A DNA stretch of 64,000 nucleotides, from contig CAZHGD010000013.1 in the NCBI GenBank assembly GCA_964531735.1, forward strand, positions 12,510-76,509, in the 5' to 3' direction. The stretch comes from an uncultured Fimbriimonadaceae bacterium. GTDB taxonomy: Bacteria; Armatimonadota; UBA10988. Every line of letters starts with the position of its first letter. The stretch's first letter is position 1. The translations under genes were made by a program, and so were the position numbers. Positions 48,252 through 58,497 of this stretch are shown here, piece after piece. The notes below the pieces were generated by a model. The model had not been told where the DNA came from, searched no databases, and saw only the letters and a list, made by a program, of their open reading frames with translations.

Positions 48252-50321
48252 ATGATCGGGAGTGGTGGACGACGCTGGGCCCGGGTGGCGGTCATGGCAC
48301 TGCAGCATCTGAGAAGTGTGGGTATCATTCCTGAGCAGCCAAGTGGAGGCCTGGATTTGGACTGGCTGGAAGCGGGACGGCTGATGCAGATGCTGGCCAG
48401 AGCCCGCACCAAGGAAGAGATTCTGGAGCGGTCGCTCGACGTACTCACCGAGTGCGCCAAGGCCGACGCGGCGGCCATCTGGCTCTACGACGCCCAGGGC
48501 GGCCGGCTCGAGCCGGCGATTGACCGCGGCGTGCCGCACAGCGCGCCGCGCGAATCCCGACCGCAGTGGACCGACCTGTTCAAGCTCCCGCTGAACAGCG
48601 GCGGCCTGCTGCTGGGCGTGCTCGAGGCCTACTCGCGACAGGAAGACGGCTTCGAGGACGGGCAACGCGCCGCAATGCAGATGGTCGGCGCCACCTTGGC
48701 CGGCGGCCTGCACCGAGTGGCCTTGGCCGAGGCGGTGCAGACCTCGCGCGAGGGCGCTGCGGAGCGCGAACGCCTGGCCGACCTCGAGTTGGTCTGGTCG
48801 CTCACGCGCGCCACGACCCACGCGGTCAGCTACGCGAAGCTGTTCGAGGCGCTGCTGACCTGTCTGGCGGACGTGGTCGAGTACGACGCGGCGGCTCTGC
48901 TGGTGACCACGGCGCGGCGGCCGGAATGCTCGGTGGCGCTGCGTCGGCATGGCCACGAGGGGCTCTGTGACAGTCTCTTCGCCCGGGCCAGCGCGGCGCT
49001 GGCCGCCTTCGGCGGCTTGGAGACCGATCGTCTGGCGACCGACCTGCACATCGTGGCGCCGCACCAACCCGACGACCGCGCCGCCGAACTGGTGGCCGGC
49101 TTCGGTGTCCCACTGACCCAGGAGGGCGAAGTCGTCGGCATCATCTACGTGGCCAGCACCGCAACCGATGCCTTTGGCGAATCGCAGGTCCGCGTCATGC
49201 ACCGGTTCGCCGAGCACGCTTCAGCGTCGATGGATCGCGTGCGCAGCCTGCTGGCCGTGGAGATCGAGCGGCTCGAGACCATCATCGAGAGCCTGCCGCA
49301 AGGCATCCTGCTCCTCGATGACGCCGGCCGCGTGCTCATGGGCAACCGCACCGGTCAGGACCAGTTGCGCCTGATGGGCACGCTCGAAGGCGCGGTGCGA
49401 CAACTCGGGCCGGTGCCGCTGGACGAACTGGTGACCGAGGCCATCGACAGCGGCATCGACCTGACCCGCCGCGAGATCCAGATGCGGCTGTCGGGTGGCA
49501 CCAGCCACCTCGCGGTCACGGTGGTCCCGGTGCGCGAGCGCGGCGAGACCATCGGCACCGTGCTCTCGATTGAGAACGTGACCGAGATCCGCCAGGCGGA
49601 GCAACGGGTGTTCCACGACGCGCGCCTGGCCAGCATCGGTGAGCTGGCGGCCGGCCTGGCGCATGAGCTGAACAACCCGATGATGATCATCCTCGGGCTG
49701 TCCGAGATGCTCGACGACGACCCGGCGGTGCCCGAGCACGCGCACAGTCTGCTCGGCGATGTCCGCGAGGCGGCGCTACGCGCGGCCGAGATCGTCAAGC
49801 AACTGATGGTCTACGCCGACACCCAGGCCGATGAGGGCTGGGACGCACTGTCGCTGCCCGAGGTGCTCGAACAGGCCATCTGCCTGGTCGCCAGCCAGTG
49901 CGAGCGCGAGGGCGTCCGGGTTGAGTTGGACTGGGCGCCCGACCTGCCGCTGGTGCTGGGGAACGCCGGCAAGCTGCAGGAGGCGGTGCTCAACCTGTTG
50001 CGGAACGCGCACGAGGCCGTGATCCAGAGCGGCACCGGCGACCGCATCGCGGTGCGGGCTGCGGCCAACGGCGACCGCGTGCTGGTCGAAGTGGCCGACA
50101 ACGGCCCCGGCGTGCCGCCCGCGCTGCAAGCGAAGATCTTCGACGTGTTCTTCACCACCAAGCGCGACTACCAAGGCAAGGGCCTCGGTTTGTCGACGGC
50201 GCACCGCATCGCGCTGGAGCATTCGGGCGACCTGGAGATTGTCGAAGGCTCGGAGCCGGGCGCGGTGTTCCGCTTGACGCTGCCGGTCTACCACTACTCG
50301 GCCGCCCAGGCCGACGCCTGA
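48252..50321 (+). CDS. Cytoplasmic sensor histidine kinase with GAF, GAF and PAS domains
   Basis: H-box LAAGLAHELNNPMMIIL. N-box LLRNAHEA. G-boxes DNGPGVP and GKGLGLS. The start is uncertain: candidates are ATG 48252, ATG 48294, or TTG 48357 after GGAGG. Confidence 0.85.
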   Translation: MIGSGGRRWARVAVMALQHLRSVGIIPEQPSGGLDLDWLEAGRLMQMLARARTKEEILERSLDVLTECAKADAAAIWLYDAQGGRLEPAIDRGVPHSAPRESRPQWTDLFKLPLNSGGLLLGVLEAYSRQEDGFEDGQRAAMQMVGATLAGGLHRVALAEAVQTSREGAAERERLADLELVWSLTRATTHAVSYAKLFEALLTCLADVVEYDAAALLVTTARRPECSVALRRHGHEGLCDSLFARASAALAAFGGLETDRLATDLHIVAPHQPDDRAAELVAGFGVPLTQEGEVVGIIYVASTATDAFGESQVRVMHRFAEHASASMDRVRSLLAVEIERLETIIESLPQGILLLDDAGRVLMGNRTGQDQLRLMGTLEGAVRQLGPVPLDELVTEAIDSGIDLTRREIQMRLSGGTSHLAVTVVPVRERGETIGTVLSIENVTEIRQAEQRVFHDARLASIGELAAGLAHELNNPMMIILGLSEMLDDDPAVPEHAHSLLGDVREAALRAAEIVKQLMVYADTQADEGWDALSLPEVLEQAICLVASQCEREGVRVELDWAPDLPLVLGNAGKLQEAVLNLLRNAHEAVIQSGTGDRIAVRAAANGDRVLVEVADNGPGVPPALQAKIFDVFFTTKRDYQGKGLGLSTAHRIALEHSGDLEIVEGSEPGAVFRLTLPVYHYSAAQADA

Positions 50322-50351
50322 GACGACCGCGACGGGACGCGGCCCGGCGCC

Positions 50352-51605
50352 TCAGGGACGCGGCTCGACGGTGTCGAACAGATCGCCCTCGGGCCACTGT
50401 CGGCCGCCCGACTGGCGGTCGACCAGCAGCCTCGCTTGCCACATGGCGCTGTCGAGTTCGCCGAGGAACGAGCTTGGCCAGGCGTTGAAGAGCGCGGCCC
50501 AGACGTAGCCGTCGGCCGTGCGCACGAGGATGGTGGCGGTGCCCGGCAGGGCGCCGGCGTGCCACCAGTTGGCGCTCTTCCCCCACGGGCGCACCATCCA
50601 GCCACAGGCATAGAACGCCGCCTCGTTCTGGGGCAACGGCGGCGCTGGGCGCGCCGTCATCGTGGCCAGCGACGCCGACGTCAGGAAGCCCTTGCCGCCG
50701 CCCTCCAGCCGCACCAGGAAGCGCGCCAGGTCGACCGGCGAGGCCAACCAGCCACCGTGGGCGTCCATCGCCTCGATGTGGAACCCGCCGTACGGTACAG
50801 GCACCAGGCCCTTGACGTTCGGGAACACCGATGGCACCGGCTCGGTCTCTGGAGGCATGGTGTAGACCACCTCGCCCGGCTGCCGATCGGCGGCCCGTGT
50901 GCGCGCCTGGCGCATACCGCGGATGCCCATCGGCTTGAGAACCTGGGCCCGCACGTAGTCAATGTACGTCTGATGGATCACGGCCTCGATGACGCGGCCC
51001 AGGACGCAGTAGCCGAAGTTGCTGTAGGCATGGCGGGCGCCAGGATCGAAGTCCAGGGGCAGCCCCATCATGTAGCGGACGACGGTGGCGGCGTCGGCTG
51101 GCGCCGCCGCGTTGACGGCCTCCGCGGCCTGCTCAGGCACGAACATCGGGTCAAGCGATTTGTCCCGGTCGAAACCGCCGGTGTGCTGCAGCAGATGCCG
51201 GACCGTGATCTGGGCCCATCGCGGGTCCGCCGGGCCGCCTGCGGGCACCAGTGGCCGCAGCAGCGGCAGCACCGGCTGGTCAAGGGTGAGGTGGCCTTGC
51301 TCGACCAGGTGGAAGACGGCCACCGACGTGATCGGCTTGCTGACGCTGGCGATGCGCCAGAGCGAGGTGGGCAGCGGCGCGGCGGGCTTCGCCGGGTCGG
51401 CCACCCCATAGCCGCGCGCGACGACGAGTCGGCCGTGGCGGGCGACCGCGATGGCGCCGCCCGGGACGCCGTGCTGCTGCATCAACGCGCCAATCACCTG
51501 ATCGTAGGCCTCGGCGGCCGGCGACGCGGGCCCGGCGGCGGGCAACGCGGCCAAGCCCGCCCGGCCGACCAGGGCCGCTGCCAGCACCAGGGTCAATCGA
51601 GCCAT
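50352..51605 (-). CDS. Secreted serine hydrolase of the beta-lactamase / PBP (class C-like) family
   Basis: Signal peptide MARLTLVLAAALVGRAGLAALPAAGPA. SxxK motif SVSKPITSVAV. YSN motif (HAYSNFGY). ATG at 51605 follows GGAGACG. The ORF-track start at 51944 is an extension. Confidence 0.8.
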   Translation of the reverse strand: MARLTLVLAAALVGRAGLAALPAAGPASPAAEAYDQVIGALMQQHGVPGGAIAVARHGRLVVARGYGVADPAKPAAPLPTSLWRIASVSKPITSVAVFHLVEQGHLTLDQPVLPLLRPLVPAGGPADPRWAQITVRHLLQHTGGFDRDKSLDPMFVPEQAAEAVNAAAPADAATVVRYMMGLPLDFDPGARHAYSNFGYCVLGRVIEAVIHQTYIDYVRAQVLKPMGIRGMRQARTRAADRQPGEVVYTMPPETEPVPSVFPNVKGLVPVPYGGFHIEAMDAHGGWLASPVDLARFLVRLEGGGKGFLTSASLATMTARPAPPLPQNEAAFYACGWMVRPWGKSANWWHAGALPGTATILVRTADGYVWAALFNAWPSSFLGELDSAMWQARLLVDRQSGGRQWPEGDLFDTVEPRP

Positions 51606-51729
51606 CGAGACGTCTCCAGTAGTCCTCACCACTGTGCCCGCTGCTTCAGACGCGCCGCAAGCGGCGGGCGTCACGACTCGCGACCGACGACGGTTGACTC
51701 GCCGCTCGGCATTCCTGTATGCTAGGAGT

Positions 51730-52515
51730 ATGTTCCACGATATGGAAACAGAAGTCGCACCCACGGCGCCGGTGCAATCGGTGAAGCGGGCGCTGGACGT
51801 GCTCGATCTGCTGGCCGAGGTGAGCCTGCACGGGCAAGCGGCGTCGCTGCAGCAGGTGGCCGACCACCTGGGAGTGCCGGTGACGACGGCGCACAACCTG
51901 CTGAAGACGCTGATGGTCTGCCAGTACGCAGTCCGTGAGCCCACGGGCGGCTACGGGCTCGGCGTGCGCTGTGGCGACCTGACGCGGGCGGCACGGCTCG
52001 GCGCGAACCTTGGCGAGACGGCCGGGGCGGTGGTGCGACAGTTGGCCGAAGCGACTGGCGAATCGGTGGTGCTGGTGTCGCTGCTCCGCGGCCATCGCCG
52101 CCCGCTGCTCCGCGTGGAGGGCAGCGCGGTGGTCCGCGTCGACGCCGCGTTCGATGAACGGGAGCCGTTCTTCGAGATGGTCACCGGACGGGTGCTGGCG
52201 GCCTACGCGAGTCCGCGTGAGCTGGCCGAGGTCGTCCGCGTGCATGGCCTGCCCGGCGACGGCTGGGCCGGGATCGACACGCCGGAGTTGCTCGAGACGG
52301 CGCTGGCCGAGGTGCGGGCGGTGGGCTCGGCCGAGGACCGGCCCTCCGGCGGCGAGGTGACGTCGATGGCGGCGCCGGTGGTCGACAGTGGGGGTGCGCT
52401 GATCGGTGCACTGGGGCTCTACCAACCGTCGTTTCGCGCCGATGAGGAGCGCGTACGACGGCTGCGTGAGGAGTTGCAGGTCGCGGCCAGGCGGCTGGCC
52501 GACGCCCTGGAATGA
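51730..52515 (+). CDS. IclR-family transcriptional regulator
   Basis: wHTH SVKRALDVLDLLAEVSLHGQAASLQQVADHLGVPVTTAHNLLKTL plus a C-terminal effector domain. The alternative ATG at 51742 has better RBS spacing. Confidence 0.85.
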   Translation: MFHDMETEVAPTAPVQSVKRALDVLDLLAEVSLHGQAASLQQVADHLGVPVTTAHNLLKTLMVCQYAVREPTGGYGLGVRCGDLTRAARLGANLGETAGAVVRQLAEATGESVVLVSLLRGHRRPLLRVEGSAVVRVDAAFDEREPFFEMVTGRVLAAYASPRELAEVVRVHGLPGDGWAGIDTPELLETALAEVRAVGSAEDRPSGGEVTSMAAPVVDSGGALIGALGLYQPSFRADEERVRRLREELQVAARRLADALE

Positions 52516-52529
52516 CAGAGGAGGCAAAC

Positions 52530-54806
52530 ATGGCCAAGCAGCAGCCGGCCGTGGATTCGCGGTTGACCGGGCAGGTCAAGGCGTTCGCGCTCAACGAGCT
52601 GAACGCCGACCTGGTGGGCGTGGCGAACATCGAGCGCTTCGAACATGCGCCGCGCATGATGTCGCCCCAAGGCATCCTGCCGACTGCGCGCTCGGTGGTG
52701 GTGATGGCAGTACACCACCCGGACGCCGCGATCGAGCTGGGTGGCGAGACGCACCCGCAGGAGATCGGGCCGTACCGGGTGCAGTACATCATGAACATGC
52801 GGCTCGATGAGATGGCCTACCGGATGGGCCTGCTCCTGGAGCGCGAGGGCTGGGCCAGCGTGCCCATCGTCAGCTCCAACATCTGGCGCTACAAGGGCTA
52901 CAAAGAGCTGACCGAGCACTTCGCGCCGGACATCAGCCACCGGCACGCTGCCGTGGCCGCCGGGCTCGCCGATTTCGGCTACAGCGCGCTGGCCATCACG
53001 CCCGAGTACGGCGCGCGGGTCCGCTTCATCAGCGTGATCACCGAGGCCGTGCTGGAGCCGTCGCCGCTGATCGAGCCCGGCACGGTGTGTGACGACTGCC
53101 GTCTGTGCGTCGAGAACTGCCTGAGCCGGGCGCTGGCCAAGGAGATCCGCGGCACGAGCATCGTGCGCATCGAGGACAAGCAGTACACCTACGCGGACAA
53201 GAACCTCTGGCGCTGCGCTTGGGGCGAGCACTTCGACCTCGACCTGGACCTACCGATTCCGGACGTGGTCGACGAGGACGTCATTCTCGAGAACGTCTGC
53301 CAGCACGGCCGGCGGGGCGGCGAGATGGGCTCGTGCCTGCGCTACTGCGTGCCGGCGGCGCGACGGGTGATGGACCTGTCGTACTCCAGCGCGCCGCGCC
53401 GGCTGCGGCTGTCGCCGGAGAACGACGAGCCGCATCGGGGCTTCGAGCAGCAGGTGCAGGCCATCGCCTACGCCAACGGCCTGGACTTCACCGCCGTGGC
53501 GACGACCGCACAGGTGCAGGCGCTCGGCCAGGAGCTGACCACCTGGCTGCCCGAGGCCAAGGCGGCGGTGGTGATCGGCATCCACCATCGGCGAGCCGAG
53601 GGCGCCGACACCACCGGCGCCGCGCGGGTCTACCTGCTGGACGCTGCGGCCTATGACGTGGCCCGCGAGCTCGAGCGCCGCGGCTACGACGGCGTGTCGC
53701 TGACCGACTTCCCCGAGGCGACCTGGCAAGGCGCCTTCGAGGGCGTCGGCGAGGACCGCGCGGTGGTGACGCGGACGATCCTGACCACCGCACCGCTGGA
53801 GCCGACCTCGCGCCGGTTGAACACGCCGCGCCCGGCGGGCGACCAGAGCCCGGCGGCACTGAAGCAGCGGCTGCGTCGGTTGGCGGCCGAGTTGGAGCTA
53901 GACGCCGTGGGTGTGGCGCCGGCAGACCGGCTGGCCGCACTGCAACCGCACCTGGCCGCCATCTACGACGGCCGTGAGGTGCTGGTGGCGCGCGACCAGT
54001 CCGGCTACTTCCAGCCTTACGACCCGGTGGTGCGCACCGAGACCCTCCGGGTCAAGTCGCCGTCCGACCACCTCGCCGGCGCCAAGTCGGTGATCGTGCT
54101 GGCGCTGCGGCTGCCCAGAGCGTCGGTGGAGTGTACGGCCAAGCCGCCGGCGGAAGCGGTCGGACCGTATGCGTTCGCGCAGTACGAAGCCGTCAACATG
54201 CTCCGGCGCACGGGCTTCCGCGTGATGCGCTGGCTGGAGGACGCGGGCTTCAAGGCAGCGTTGACCTTCGACCTGACCGGCACGGGCTCCGCGGTGGGCA
54301 ATCCGCGTGGCGAGCAGCCGGACGCGTTCTGCGGTCGCTTCGAGGCCGTGGCCGCGGGCCTGGGGCGCCTGACCAAAGGGGGCTTTGTGGTCACCCCTGA
54401 GCTGGGCGCCAACGTGCGGTTCGTGGCGATCGTGACCGATGCCGCCATCGAGGCCGACGACACGCTCAAGGACGACGGCCTGACCGCCGCGTGCGACGGT
54501 TGTGACCGCTGCCTGCAGGCGTGCCACACCGCCGCGCACGAAGGCGCCGTCGAGGTGCCGCTGGATGGCGTCGTGGAACGCTTCCACGTCATCGAGCACA
54601 AGCGCTGTGACTGGGCTAAGCGCTACTCGCTGATCGGTGAGGAAGGCGTCAACTTCCTCGGCTGGAACCTGCACCTGCCGGCTCCGGACGTCATCACCGT
54701 CGAGGCCCTGGCTGAGGGACTGAAGCAGCAGCCGGCCATTCCGAAGTACCGCCCGTGCAACTTCGAGGCGTGCGTGTTGGCCTGTCCCATGTCGCGCACC
54801 GCGTAG
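52530..54806 (+). CDS. Tandem-duplicated epoxyqueuosine-reductase (QueG)-like / DUF1730-type 4Fe-4S protein (758 aa)
   Basis: Two homologous halves, each with a DUF1730-like N-terminal block (LNELNADLVGVANIERFEHAP and LELDAVGVAPADRLAA) and a CxxCxxCxxxC ferredoxin motif (CDDCRLCVENC and CDGCDRCLQAC). GAGGAGG sits 5 nt upstream of the ATG at 52530. The start overlaps the IclR stop region. Confidence 0.7.
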   Translation: MAKQQPAVDSRLTGQVKAFALNELNADLVGVANIERFEHAPRMMSPQGILPTARSVVVMAVHHPDAAIELGGETHPQEIGPYRVQYIMNMRLDEMAYRMGLLLEREGWASVPIVSSNIWRYKGYKELTEHFAPDISHRHAAVAAGLADFGYSALAITPEYGARVRFISVITEAVLEPSPLIEPGTVCDDCRLCVENCLSRALAKEIRGTSIVRIEDKQYTYADKNLWRCAWGEHFDLDLDLPIPDVVDEDVILENVCQHGRRGGEMGSCLRYCVPAARRVMDLSYSSAPRRLRLSPENDEPHRGFEQQVQAIAYANGLDFTAVATTAQVQALGQELTTWLPEAKAAVVIGIHHRRAEGADTTGAARVYLLDAAAYDVARELERRGYDGVSLTDFPEATWQGAFEGVGEDRAVVTRTILTTAPLEPTSRRLNTPRPAGDQSPAALKQRLRRLAAELELDAVGVAPADRLAALQPHLAAIYDGREVLVARDQSGYFQPYDPVVRTETLRVKSPSDHLAGAKSVIVLALRLPRASVECTAKPPAEAVGPYAFAQYEAVNMLRRTGFRVMRWLEDAGFKAALTFDLTGTGSAVGNPRGEQPDAFCGRFEAVAAGLGRLTKGGFVVTPELGANVRFVAIVTDAAIEADDTLKDDGLTAACDGCDRCLQACHTAAHEGAVEVPLDGVVERFHVIEHKRCDWAKRYSLIGEEGVNFLGWNLHLPAPDVITVEALAEGLKQQPAIPKYRPCNFEACVLACPMSRTA

Positions 54807-54824
54807 CCTGAACCGTCGCACCGT

Positions 54825-54862
54825 ACAGCGCGTCGCGGCTCCGGCCGCGGCGCGCTGTTTCG
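54825..54862 (+). terminator. Rho-independent terminator candidate after the QueG-like gene
   Basis: ACAGCGCGTCGCGGC-TCCG-GCCGCGGCGCGCTGT forms a 15-bp stem (one G:U pair), followed by TTTCG. It sits 19 nt after the stop. Confidence 0.55.
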
Positions 54863-54961
54863 TCGCGTCAGGTCAACAGAGAAGGAGAAGGGCACGCGTG
54901 GTCGATGCCGAACTCGCAGCCGGTTAGTCTCGGCCGTGTCTCGCCGAGCGGAGGGCAAGCG

Positions 54962-55861
54962 GTGAAAGACATCTCGATTGGCTCGTGGGCCTACACCATC
55001 GGCCCCTACGCTGAACATCCGGTGCCGTGGGACGAGGTGGTTCGTCGGGTGAAAGCACTCGGGTTCGATGGGATCGAGTTGGGCGGGTTCCCGCCGCATC
55101 CCAACCCGACCGACTTGCCAAACCCTGACCAACGGGCCGCGGTGCGTGAGCAGATGGCCTCGGCTGGGCTGCGGTTCTCGGGTCTGGCAGCCAACCTCTG
55201 GGACCAGAACCTGATCAACACCGCCGATCCCGGCCCCTACCACGCAGCCTTCAAGGAGAACCTGCAGTTCTGTGTGGACCTGGGCATTCAGGGCATTCGC
55301 GTGGACACCGTGCAGCCGCCGACGGTGCTCGACGAGATCGATGAGGAGCTGGCGCGCACGCGCCTCGTGGCCACCTGGCAGCAATGCGCCCTGGACGCGG
55401 CCGAAGTCGGCCGGTACGTCACCTGGGAGTTCGAGCCGGGCTTCGCGTTCAACCGGCCGTCGGACATCGTGCGCATCGTCGAGGCGGTCAACCAGCCGAA
55501 CTTCGGCGTCCAGTTCGACACCTGTCACGCCCACATGGTCGCGGCGGTCGGCGCGCGTCAACCGGGCGAACCCGAGACGCTGCCGGGTGGCGCCGTCGAG
55601 TTGGCCCAGCGCCTAAGGGGGAAGATCAACCACCTGCACCTGATCGATTCCGACGGCACGCTGCATGACGACGAGACCTCGACGCACGCCCCGTTCGGCG
55701 ATGGCGTGCTCGACTTCGATGCCCTGATGGCGGAGTTGGTCAAGAACGAGTTGCCGCACAACTGGTGGACGGTCGACCTCTGCTTCTGGCCCGATGCCTG
55801 GGACGTCACCGCGCGCTGCAAGCAAGCCGTGGACGCACTCAATGCCAAGTGGGGAGGATGA
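54962..55861 (+). CDS. Sugar phosphate isomerase/epimerase (xylose-isomerase-like TIM barrel)
   Basis: GGAGGG sits 6 nt upstream of the GTG at 54962. Metal-binding TIM-barrel blocks (WEFEPGF..., QFDTCHAHM..., HLHLIDSDG). The stop overlaps the next start. Confidence 0.8.
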   Translation: MKDISIGSWAYTIGPYAEHPVPWDEVVRRVKALGFDGIELGGFPPHPNPTDLPNPDQRAAVREQMASAGLRFSGLAANLWDQNLINTADPGPYHAAFKENLQFCVDLGIQGIRVDTVQPPTVLDEIDEELARTRLVATWQQCALDAAEVGRYVTWEFEPGFAFNRPSDIVRIVEAVNQPNFGVQFDTCHAHMVAAVGARQPGEPETLPGGAVELAQRLRGKINHLHLIDSDGTLHDDETSTHAPFGDGVLDFDALMAELVKNELPHNWWTVDLCFWPDAWDVTARCKQAVDALNAKWGG

Positions 55862-55863
55862 CC

Positions 55864-57015
55864 ATGGCGACACCTGTTCGGGTTGGCCTGATCGGTTACG
55901 GGTTCATGGGCCGAGCCCACAGCAACGCCTACCGCAAGGTGACCCAGTTCTTCGACACGGACCACCAGCCGGTCATGAAGGCCTGCTGCGCACGGAACGA
56001 GGCCACCATCAGCGAGTTCGCCACGCGGTGGGGCTGGGAGAGCTACGAGACCGACTGGCGCAAGCTGATCGCCCGTGACGACATCGACGCGATCGACATC
56101 TGCGTGCCGAACCACCTCCACCACGAGATCGCGCTGGCGGCGGCCAAGGCGGGCAAGATGGTGCTCTGCGAGAAGCCGTTGGCGATGACCGCCGCGCAGG
56201 GGCGTGAGATGGTCGCCGCGGTCGAGGCGGCCGGCGTGCCGAACCTGGTCTGGTTCAACTACCGGCGCGTCCCGGCCATCTCGCTGGCGCACCAGCTCAT
56301 CGCCGAGGGTCGGGTAGGGCGGGTCTACCACTACCGCGCCCTCTACCTCCAGGATTGGACCATCAGCCCGGATGTGCCGCAAGGCGGGCACACGCTGTGG
56401 CGGCTGGACGTCAACGAGGCCGGCAGTGGCGTCACCGGCGACCTGTTGGCCCACAGCATCGATACCGCGCTGTGGCTGGTCGGCGGCATCAAGGAGGTCT
56501 GCGCCACGACGGAGACCTTCGTCAAGGAGCGCCGCCTGCAGGACGACCCGGACAAGGTGGCGCCGGTCGGCATCGACGATGCCTGTGCCTTCCTCGTCCG
56601 CTTCAACTGCGGCGCCATCGGCACGTTCGAGTCGAGCCGGTACGCTCGCGGCCGGAAGAACCACAACACGTTCGAGGTCAACGGCGAGAAGTCGGCCATC
56701 TGGTTCGACCTGGAGGACGCCCATAAGCTGGGCTTCTACGACCACAGTGACGACGGCCTGGTGCGCGGCTGGCACGATGTGTTGGTGACCGACAGCGACC
56801 ATCCGTACATGGACCGCTGGTGGGTGCCGGGCTGCGTGATCGGCTACGAGCACACGTTCATCAACGCCCTGGCCGACTTCCTCACAGGGCTGGATACGGG
56901 TGTGCCTTGCCAGCCGGACTTCCGCTGTGCGCTGCAGACCCAGCTCGTCTGCGACGCGGTGCTGGAATCCGCGCGCACGCGGCAGTGGGTCGCCGTCGAG
57001 GAGGGTCGAGCATGA
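55864..57015 (+). CDS. Gfo/Idh/MocA-family oxidoreductase (candidate glycoside 3-dehydrogenase)
   Basis: [19 protein letters not shown] Rossmann motif. [12 protein letters not shown] motif. GGGGAGGA sits 6 nt upstream of the ATG at 55864. ATGA overlap with the next gene. Confidence 0.85.
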   Translation: MATPVRVGLIGYGFMGRAHSNAYRKVTQFFDTDHQPVMKACCARNEATISEFATRWGWESYETDWRKLIARDDIDAIDICVPNHLHHEIALAAAKAGKMVLCEKPLAMTAAQGREMVAAVEAAGVPNLVWFNYRRVPAISLAHQLIAEGRVGRVYHYRALYLQDWTISPDVPQGGHTLWRLDVNEAGSGVTGDLLAHSIDTALWLVGGIKEVCATTETFVKERRLQDDPDKVAPVGIDDACAFLVRFNCGAIGTFESSRYARGRKNHNTFEVNGEKSAIWFDLEDAHKLGFYDHSDDGLVRGWHDVLVTDSDHPYMDRWWVPGCVIGYEHTFINALADFLTGLDTGVPCQPDFRCALQTQLVCDAVLESARTRQWVAVEEGRA

Positions 57016-57854
57016 AGGTCGGTATCAACCTTTTGCTCTGGACCGCCGCCGCCGGCGAGGAGCACATCCCGGTTGTCCAGCAAGTGGCCAAGTGGGGCTA
57101 CGACGGCGTCGAGTTCCCGATGTTCGGCCCCGACTGCTCGCCCTGGCCGGTGCTGGCAAGGGCCCTGGACGACGCGGGTCTGGGGCGTACGGCGGTGACG
57201 GTGATGCCCGTCGACGCCAACCCCATCAGTGAATCGGCGGAGGTGCGCCGGCGCGGTCTCGACCACCTGAAGGGCTGCATCGACGCCTGTGTGACCCTCG
57301 GCGCCGACGTGCTGCTGGGTCCGATGTACTCGCCGTGTGGCGGCCTGGTGGGTCGCGGCCGCAGCGATCAGGAATGGGCCTGGGGCCTCGAAGCGCTGCG
57401 ACCGGCGGCCGGCTATGCTCACGAGGCGGGCGTGAAGCTCGCGGTGGAGCCGCTGAACCGCTTCGAGACGTACTTCCTGACCTGCCTGGCCGATGCAGTC
57501 AAGCTGACCGGCGAGGTGGGTACCGCCGGCTGTGGCGTGCTGTTCGACACGTTCCACGCCAACATCGAGGAGAAGCAGGTCGGTGATGCGGTGCGGGCGG
57601 CCGGCGCCGCGATCAACCACGTCCACATCTCGGAGAACGACCGCAGCACGCCGGGCACAGGCCATGTGCTCTGGCCCGAGGTGTTCGCCGCGCTCAAGGC
57701 GATCGGCTACGACGGCTGGCTGACCATTGAGGCCTTCGGCCAGGCGATGCCCGAAGTGGCGGCGGCGACGAGCATCTGGCGCCGCATGTTCGGCACGGAA
57801 GAGGAGTTGGCGACGGCCGGACTGGCGTTCATCCGGCGGATGTGGCAAGACTGA
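57012..57854 (+). CDS. Sugar phosphate isomerase/epimerase (xylose-isomerase-like TIM barrel; tagatose-epimerase / hydroxypyruvate-isomerase-like)
   Basis: [10 protein letters not shown]..., [34 protein letters not shown] metal-ligand blocks. GAGGAGGG sits 7 nt upstream. Confidence 0.85.
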   Translation: MKVGINLLLWTAAAGEEHIPVVQQVAKWGYDGVEFPMFGPDCSPWPVLARALDDAGLGRTAVTVMPVDANPISESAEVRRRGLDHLKGCIDACVTLGADVLLGPMYSPCGGLVGRGRSDQEWAWGLEALRPAAGYAHEAGVKLAVEPLNRFETYFLTCLADAVKLTGEVGTAGCGVLFDTFHANIEEKQVGDAVRAAGAAINHVHISENDRSTPGTGHVLWPEVFAALKAIGYDGWLTIEAFGQAMPEVAAATSIWRRMFGTEEELATAGLAFIRRMWQD

Positions 57855-57887
57855 GCAGCAGCGGCCCAGCGGGTCGGGAGAGGAGCC

Positions 57888-58445
57888 ATGGCCAAAGCAG
57901 CGCCGGCAGCCCGGTTGGTGACAGCCGAGGAACTGCTGGCCGTGCCCGACGACGGGCAACGGCGGGAGTTGGTGCGCGGGGAGGTGGTGACCATGGCACC
58001 GGCTGGTATGCGGCATGGGGCGTGGGGCGACCGCCTGGGCTGGCGTCTGGCGCAGCACGTCTACGAGCACGGTCTGGGGCTCACGTTCAGTGCCGAGACC
58101 GGCTTCGTGCTGTCGCGCGGGCCAGACACGGTGCGGTGTGCCGACGCGTCTTTCGTAGCGGCGGGCCGACTGGACGATGCCGACGCCGCCGGCTTCGTGC
58201 CCTTGGCGCCGGATCTGGTTCTGGAGGTCGTCTCGCCGTCGGATCGCCAGAGCCAGGTCACGGCGAAGGTCATGGAATGGCTGGACGCTGGCGTGACGGT
58301 GGTCTGGGTGCTGTGGCCGGAGTCGCGGCGCCTGCAGGTCTGGCGGTCCGCGGACGACATCGTGACGCTTGGTGCTGACGACACGCTGACCTGCGAGGAC
58401 CTGCTGCCGGGCTTTGCAGTGGCGCTGGCCAAGGTGATGGCCTGA
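57888..58445 (+). CDS. Uma2-family (DUF820) restriction-endonuclease-fold protein
   Basis: TAEELLAVPDDGQRRELVRGEVVTMAPAG...VRCADASFV...APDLVLEVVSPSD...WLDAGVTVVWVLWPE matches the Uma2 PD-(D/E)xK pattern. RBS GGGAGAGGAG. Confidence 0.8.
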   Translation: MAKAAPAARLVTAEELLAVPDDGQRRELVRGEVVTMAPAGMRHGAWGDRLGWRLAQHVYEHGLGLTFSAETGFVLSRGPDTVRCADASFVAAGRLDDADAAGFVPLAPDLVLEVVSPSDRQSQVTAKVMEWLDAGVTVVWVLWPESRRLQVWRSADDIVTLGADDTLTCEDLLPGFAVALAKVMA

Positions 58446-58497
58446 ACGGAAGGCGCGCCGCGTGCAGCGGCGAAGGTGGCAGGAGGAGTAGAGCAGC

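Noticed and set aside
47457-49217. 586-aa minus-strand ORF across the cys promoter region and the GAF/PAS kinase
   Set aside because: Antisense to two good plus-strand genes. The translation is low-complexity.
50436-54821. Long ORFs 50436..51725 +, 51646..52527 - and 53898..54821 -
   Set aside because: They are antisense to the serine hydrolase, the IclR regulator and the QueG-like genes respectively. No motifs, low complexity.
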